Part shown: positions 59,501 through 64,000 of the stretch, in pieces
Layout of the letters: the number at the start of each line of letters is the position of its first letter
How positions within the stretch are numbered: the first letter of the stretch is position 1
Notes under the pieces: generated by a model
Told to the model about the DNA's origin: nothing
What the model saw: only the letters and a program-made list of their open reading frames with translations
Database searches by the model: none
Position numbers and translations under genes: made by a program
NCBI GenBank assembly: GCA_002269645.1
Contig: NIVC01000268.1
Coordinates: 655,647-719,646 of the forward strand
From: Macrostomum lignano
Lineage: Eukaryota
Direction: 5' to 3'
DNA length: 64,000 nucleotides

Positions 59501-62500
59501 CCGCTGAAAGACGCTTTAAGAAGCTCTAGGAACAACTGGAACTGCCTACAAACAGGCTGATCAGGCTGACAGGTGGAACTCATCGCTAGACATGCTGAGA
59601 TGTTTTGCAGAGCAAAAGGCTGCAATCAGTGCTTTCACGGCTGGACAGTCAAAAGATGAAGAAGTTACAAACCAAGAATTCCTGCTTGTTGAAAAGCTGA
59701 TCTCCCTACTAAGCATATTTGAGGAGGCAACTCTTCAACTAAGCAAAAAAACAACCAGCATCTCTTATCTCATTCCGATGCAAGCCAGACTTCTGAGATT
59801 TCTTGAGAAGCAGCAAGCCCAAGTCAGCGGACTAGGGATGATTATTGACTCTACTCCAGTTGGTGCACGAGCGTTTCGACTTTCTTGTTGAACATGAGTC
59901 CTGCATCTTGGCAACCATTTTTGACCCCCGCTACAAGTTAGCGTTTTTTCCTGATTAGCAGAGGGGCTATCTACAGTCAATGGTTGCTTCTAAAGTCTTG
60001 AAGCACCAGTATTCAAGCTTAAATGTAGCAGTCATGCCAACATCAATTGTTGAGGATGAAAATAGTGGCGACACAGTGGAAATGACAGAGCCTCCACCTT
60101 CAAAGTGCAGCCTCATGTGCGAACTGTTTTCAGAATTCACCAATGTGAATTCAACTGCAAGTGTGATGCAAGCTGCACAAACCAGTTTGAAGTTGTATTT
60201 GGAGTCATCAGTGGAGCCAGAAGCTACTTGTCCGCTAATGTACTGGGCCCAATGCAGTACAACTCTTAAAGACATCGTCACTCTACTCATCAAAAGGTTG
60301 CATTGCATCCCAGCAGCCAGTGTGTCAAGCGAACACATTTTCAGCATTGCTGGCAACATATTTAGCAACAGAAAAGCCTCCCTTTCTCCGGAATCCATTG
60401 AAAGCATTGTTTTTTGCAAAATAAACATTCCTCTACTAGAGGAGAAGAGCCAAGCTAGTAATTGAACAAGACTAAAATCCAACTTGATAATTTCCAAACT
60501 TCTGTAGTTACTAGTAGTGAATAATGTGTCTTTTATGACAATTTTCCTAGGCTATCATACCGTAAAACATCAATTTCATTATAAAACAAAAATGCCAACT
60601 ATTTTTGTAGCTTTTTGTCCTTTTATTTAAATCTTTACTTTATTGGTACATTTACTTGTATTGCATATGCATACTAATTCATTACAAATGTTTGTGCTTT
60701 ATTTTTCTTATTATGTAGTTGCCTTCAATAAGATCAGACTTACTAAGTAGGAAATAGCATAAGTAGACTAGAAGTTAAAATTGAAACAGGAGCTATAGAA
60801 ACATTAAACATTTTTACGACCATCAATGTGATACATGTACAATTTTTGCTTCCAGTTTACTAATACTATTTCACCAATTTAAGAATTAGTAATGAGTTTT
60901 ACTAATCTTTTCTGTTCAAGCAAGCACACTCTACTACATGTATCTACTAAGCCAAGAATTATGGTTATACACACATCATGAAATAAGTGTTTTTGTTGAT
61001 TTGGCAAATAAAGTAACCTACTTTTGGTTGTGCCCTTTCACCTAGCAATAGCTAGGCATAGCTCTTGGCCTTGATTTTGTTCTGCAAAAGTATGCTATTT
61101 GATTGGACTATTGTTAGTTCGTCCATCGTCTGATAGTTATGTGGGTTCTTTGTGCACAATGTGTAGAAAAGAATTCATATGATTATATCATAATTATTAT
61201 CATCTGCTTATATCAATAATACATGTAAATGTGTTACTGATTTTTTACTTGCACTTACACATGTATTAACTAAAATCTAGAGTGTTATGGATATTCAAGC
61301 ATACAAACCTTAGAGATTTAGTATATTTGGATTAGAGATTTAGTATATTTGGATTTGGAGCTAGAAGCAAAATGACTACATGTACAAATGGTTAGAAATG
61401 TATCATTTAATCTACCAAGAAAGAAGTAACTAAATGTGGTAAAAATTTTGGATTGTTAGTGTTACATATAGTTGCCATATTCATCTAGACATCATTCATA
61501 TCATACATTGTAAGGTATATTGATCCAATAAACAGCTAAAGCATTAAAGGTTCAGGAAAACACATTATATTTTACTTCACTCATTATTCAAATTGCTTGT
61601 TAAAAATTTACAACCATTAAGTGAATCATTCAATGATTATATACAAAGTTGAATATAAACATACTTGCATACAAACTAAGACTTACCAAAAATTGTTGAT
61701 CTTGTTATTTATATAGTCATTGATTCTTACAATGCATATTATTGTAATTAACGATCTTCTAAAAAAATACAATCTTATGCATATCGGAATTAACAATTTT
61801 TTTGAATATGTAGTAACTAAAATTGATGGACTAAACAAGTCTGCTATTATAGTAGGCGGGATTCTTCCTTTTTAATAATATCCCACCGCTGCCATCAAGT
61901 TGTTACAGGCCTTTTGGCTCTCTATAAGAATTTCACCGTTATGCCACCAAGGTTGTACTAGGGGTGATTCTTTCTTCTTAATAATAATTTCACACTGTCA
62001 CCAAAAGCTATCACAGGGCTAATTTACTAATCTCTTAAGTGTTCTTCTTAGGTTGGTAGCTGCCACCAGGATTATCCTATTAATAAATTGTGAGTTTATC
62101 AATCTTAGAATAATCCGAGAAATGTTTCTTAGAATTGATCTGAGTATATATCTTAGTATTTAGTCTAAGTATTTAGTCTGAGTATTTAGTCTAAGTATTA
62201 TTCTTAGAAAAACTGTTAGCCCTGAAAGATTTTACTCTTCTAATTATTCTGGTAGCGTTCTATTATTCTGGTAGCGTTCTATTAATAATGGCCTGAGCGG
62301 TATTTTGGCTTACTGGTATATGTATTTCATGTACTTTTCAAGTCCTTGGGCGTTACCGAGATCAGAGGGTCACCGCCTCCGTTATTTTTACACGTATTAC
62401 TTTAGATCTACTTCGCAACTTCTTACTACTCAACACTTTCCTTCTCAGTAGTATATACGGTCCACACTTCCGTCTACTTCACTCTTACTTCTTAAAAGGA

Positions 62501-62962
62501 ATTAACACAGAAAACACTTCTTCAATTCTTATTTTCTCGGAACTCTTACTATTCATTATAACTATATTACTAGTGAACCGCGATGCACGAGGTTGCTTCT
62601 CCCTCCGCCAAATTTGCTTGTATTTATAGTAAAATTCTAGTAGATTTTAAACAAAAATTAATTTGCATAAAATATTATACAAATCTTAAGTATTAAAACA
62701 AAAATGTGTCGTAGTTTTTGGCGTGAATTTAAAGTGTAATAAATGATAGCTATTTTTTTAGAAAGAAATTGGGAGGGGCCCTGTACACTATTATTTACTT
62801 TGTTATATTTGTATTTGGTAAAAATATATGCTTCTCTACAAGAAAAAACTTGAAATGTAATCCCGATGATCTCGACATGTATTATCATCGGGATTGGGAT
62901 CCCGACAACCCCTTGGGATCCTGTGTTTCCGGGATTGGGATTGTGATCCCATCCGACCCCTA
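56568..62962 (+). mobile_element. Inner 6.4-kb hAT element with 8-bp TSD ACTAACTG
   Basis: TIRs TAGGGGTAAGATGGGAT / ATCCCATCCGACCCCTA; subterminal CGGGAT repeats; ACTAACTG at 56560-56567 and 62963-62970. Confidence 0.88.
58537..60465 (+). pseudogene. hAT transposase pseudogene (BED zinc finger, catalytic core, dimerisation domain)
   Basis: VWNFF..AKCLSTGC..HLEACH (BED); AVTSDIWT; VTDNVSSM; CAAHKINL; RWNSSLDML; ATIFDPRYK; IPAASVSSEHIFSIAG; four in-frame stops plus frameshifts. Confidence 0.93.
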
Positions 62963-64000
62963 ACTAACTGTTGCTCTAACAGTTTAGCGGCTTGAGAATT
63001 TTTTATTAGGATTGATAATAAAAACAAATTATTAGCAATAGCATTATTAGCTTAGTCAATTAAAATGTATGAGTTAAAAATGTGCAAAAATACATGAATT
63101 TGTGTGAAATGGCAGTTTATATTAAATGTATTAATTAATTAGCACATTTAAAAGTTAGTGGCGCTAATTGCACTAAATTCAAAGTAGAAATAGTGCCCAC
63201 TATTAGCGATTGCTAATTTTTTTCTTGTATCAGTTAGCGACAGCACTAATTAGCTGCACTAAAAATAAATTTAGCGGTGCCCATCACTGTCTAAGTTCTA
63301 ACACTTATAACACTTAAAATGCCACAAAAGTGCCCAAACTTTTAATTCAACCCTTGTGTTTACACATTTGGAATAGAAAATTATCTTAGCTTTGATATTC
63401 TTGAATTGAATTTTATTTCATACAATAATTTATGTTTTTCAAGAAAAAATTTTTTTTGTCTGACTTAATACAATAATAGTCTATCTACTGAACTAAATGT
63501 AAATGGAATAAGCCAAAATGATAGTGAAATAATATAAAATAGAAATGTAGGCCCTATCTGATCAACAGAAGTGTTATAAAATATTAATAATATTAATAGT
63601 GGAACTTAATAGCCATCGATATAGGACCTAGATCGATAGAGTCTATAAATATGGACCCAGTCACTATTAGAGACACGGCCGCTGTGTATACTATAAGTTT
63701 CTGCATTATAGACACGGCCGCCGTGTCTCTAAGTGTGGCGTATCTAGTATCACTATTTAAAAAAATAAAAAATACTACTGTTGCATTAACATACCTGAGA
63801 TGATTCAGTTAAAGCTATAAATGAATTCATGAGGATTTTTACTTAGAGCTTTACTATAAATTTTAAATCAATCTTTGCTTATTGCGTAGAGTAATCGCAA
63901 CATGCGGTATGACTTCGTGTAATAGGTAGGTAGGTGGGTGTGTGAAAGCCCGCTGTGTTTTCTAAGAAACAGATTTCTAAATAAGATCAAACAAAGGAAG

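Larger units (their letters stand above)
55930..63289. mobile_element. Outer, internally deleted hAT element with 8-bp TSD TCTAAGTT
   Basis: TIRs CAATGATGGGCAC / GTGCCCATCACTG; TCTAAGTT at 55922-55929 and 63290-63297; transposase scrap FLEYKKAMAMVARAFDIFQG near 56.5 kb. Confidence 0.85.

Noticed and set aside
61860-62000. MORN-variant or viral repeat protein (WWHNGEI)
   Set aside because: Resemblance is limited to a few residues, with frameshifts and no consistent repeat register

Overview
Eukaryotic (animal) genomic DNA with spliceosomal GT-AG introns, very rich in minisatellites and transposon debris. A free-living flatworm or other lophotrochozoan origin is my impression only. Host genes I could reconstruct: a vasopressin/oxytocin-type neuropeptide precursor with an atypical nonapeptide (CFMENCAPG-amide, 7.9 kb, +); an ankyrin-repeat ORF followed by a STE/MAP3K-like kinase, probably one disrupted gene (12-14.5 kb, -); an EGR/Krox zinc-finger gene with a c-fos-like serum response element upstream (19.8-21.2 kb, -); a complete 5-exon, probably GPI-anchored protein with three 8-Cys Ly6/uPAR-like domains that the ORF track shows only in fragments (40.8-44.3 kb, -); CCDC12/Cwf18 (46.3-46.8 kb, -); and EIF3M (47.9-50.9 kb, -). 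Mobile elements include a Merlin/IS1595 transposon, a Crypton-like remnant, two tRNA-derived SINEs, several LINE fragments, two Gypsy remnants, MITEs and two separate hAT-inside-hAT nests with 8-bp target-site duplications. About 17 tandem arrays are present. Four of them, with different periods, share a TCTAACAG|GT core resembling a fused branch point, acceptor and donor, and two of those lie in sense orientation in introns of the Ly6-like gene. The last 12 kb and the first 1.5 kb are strongly CpG-depleted relative to the genes. All calls were made by eye and no database searches were run.
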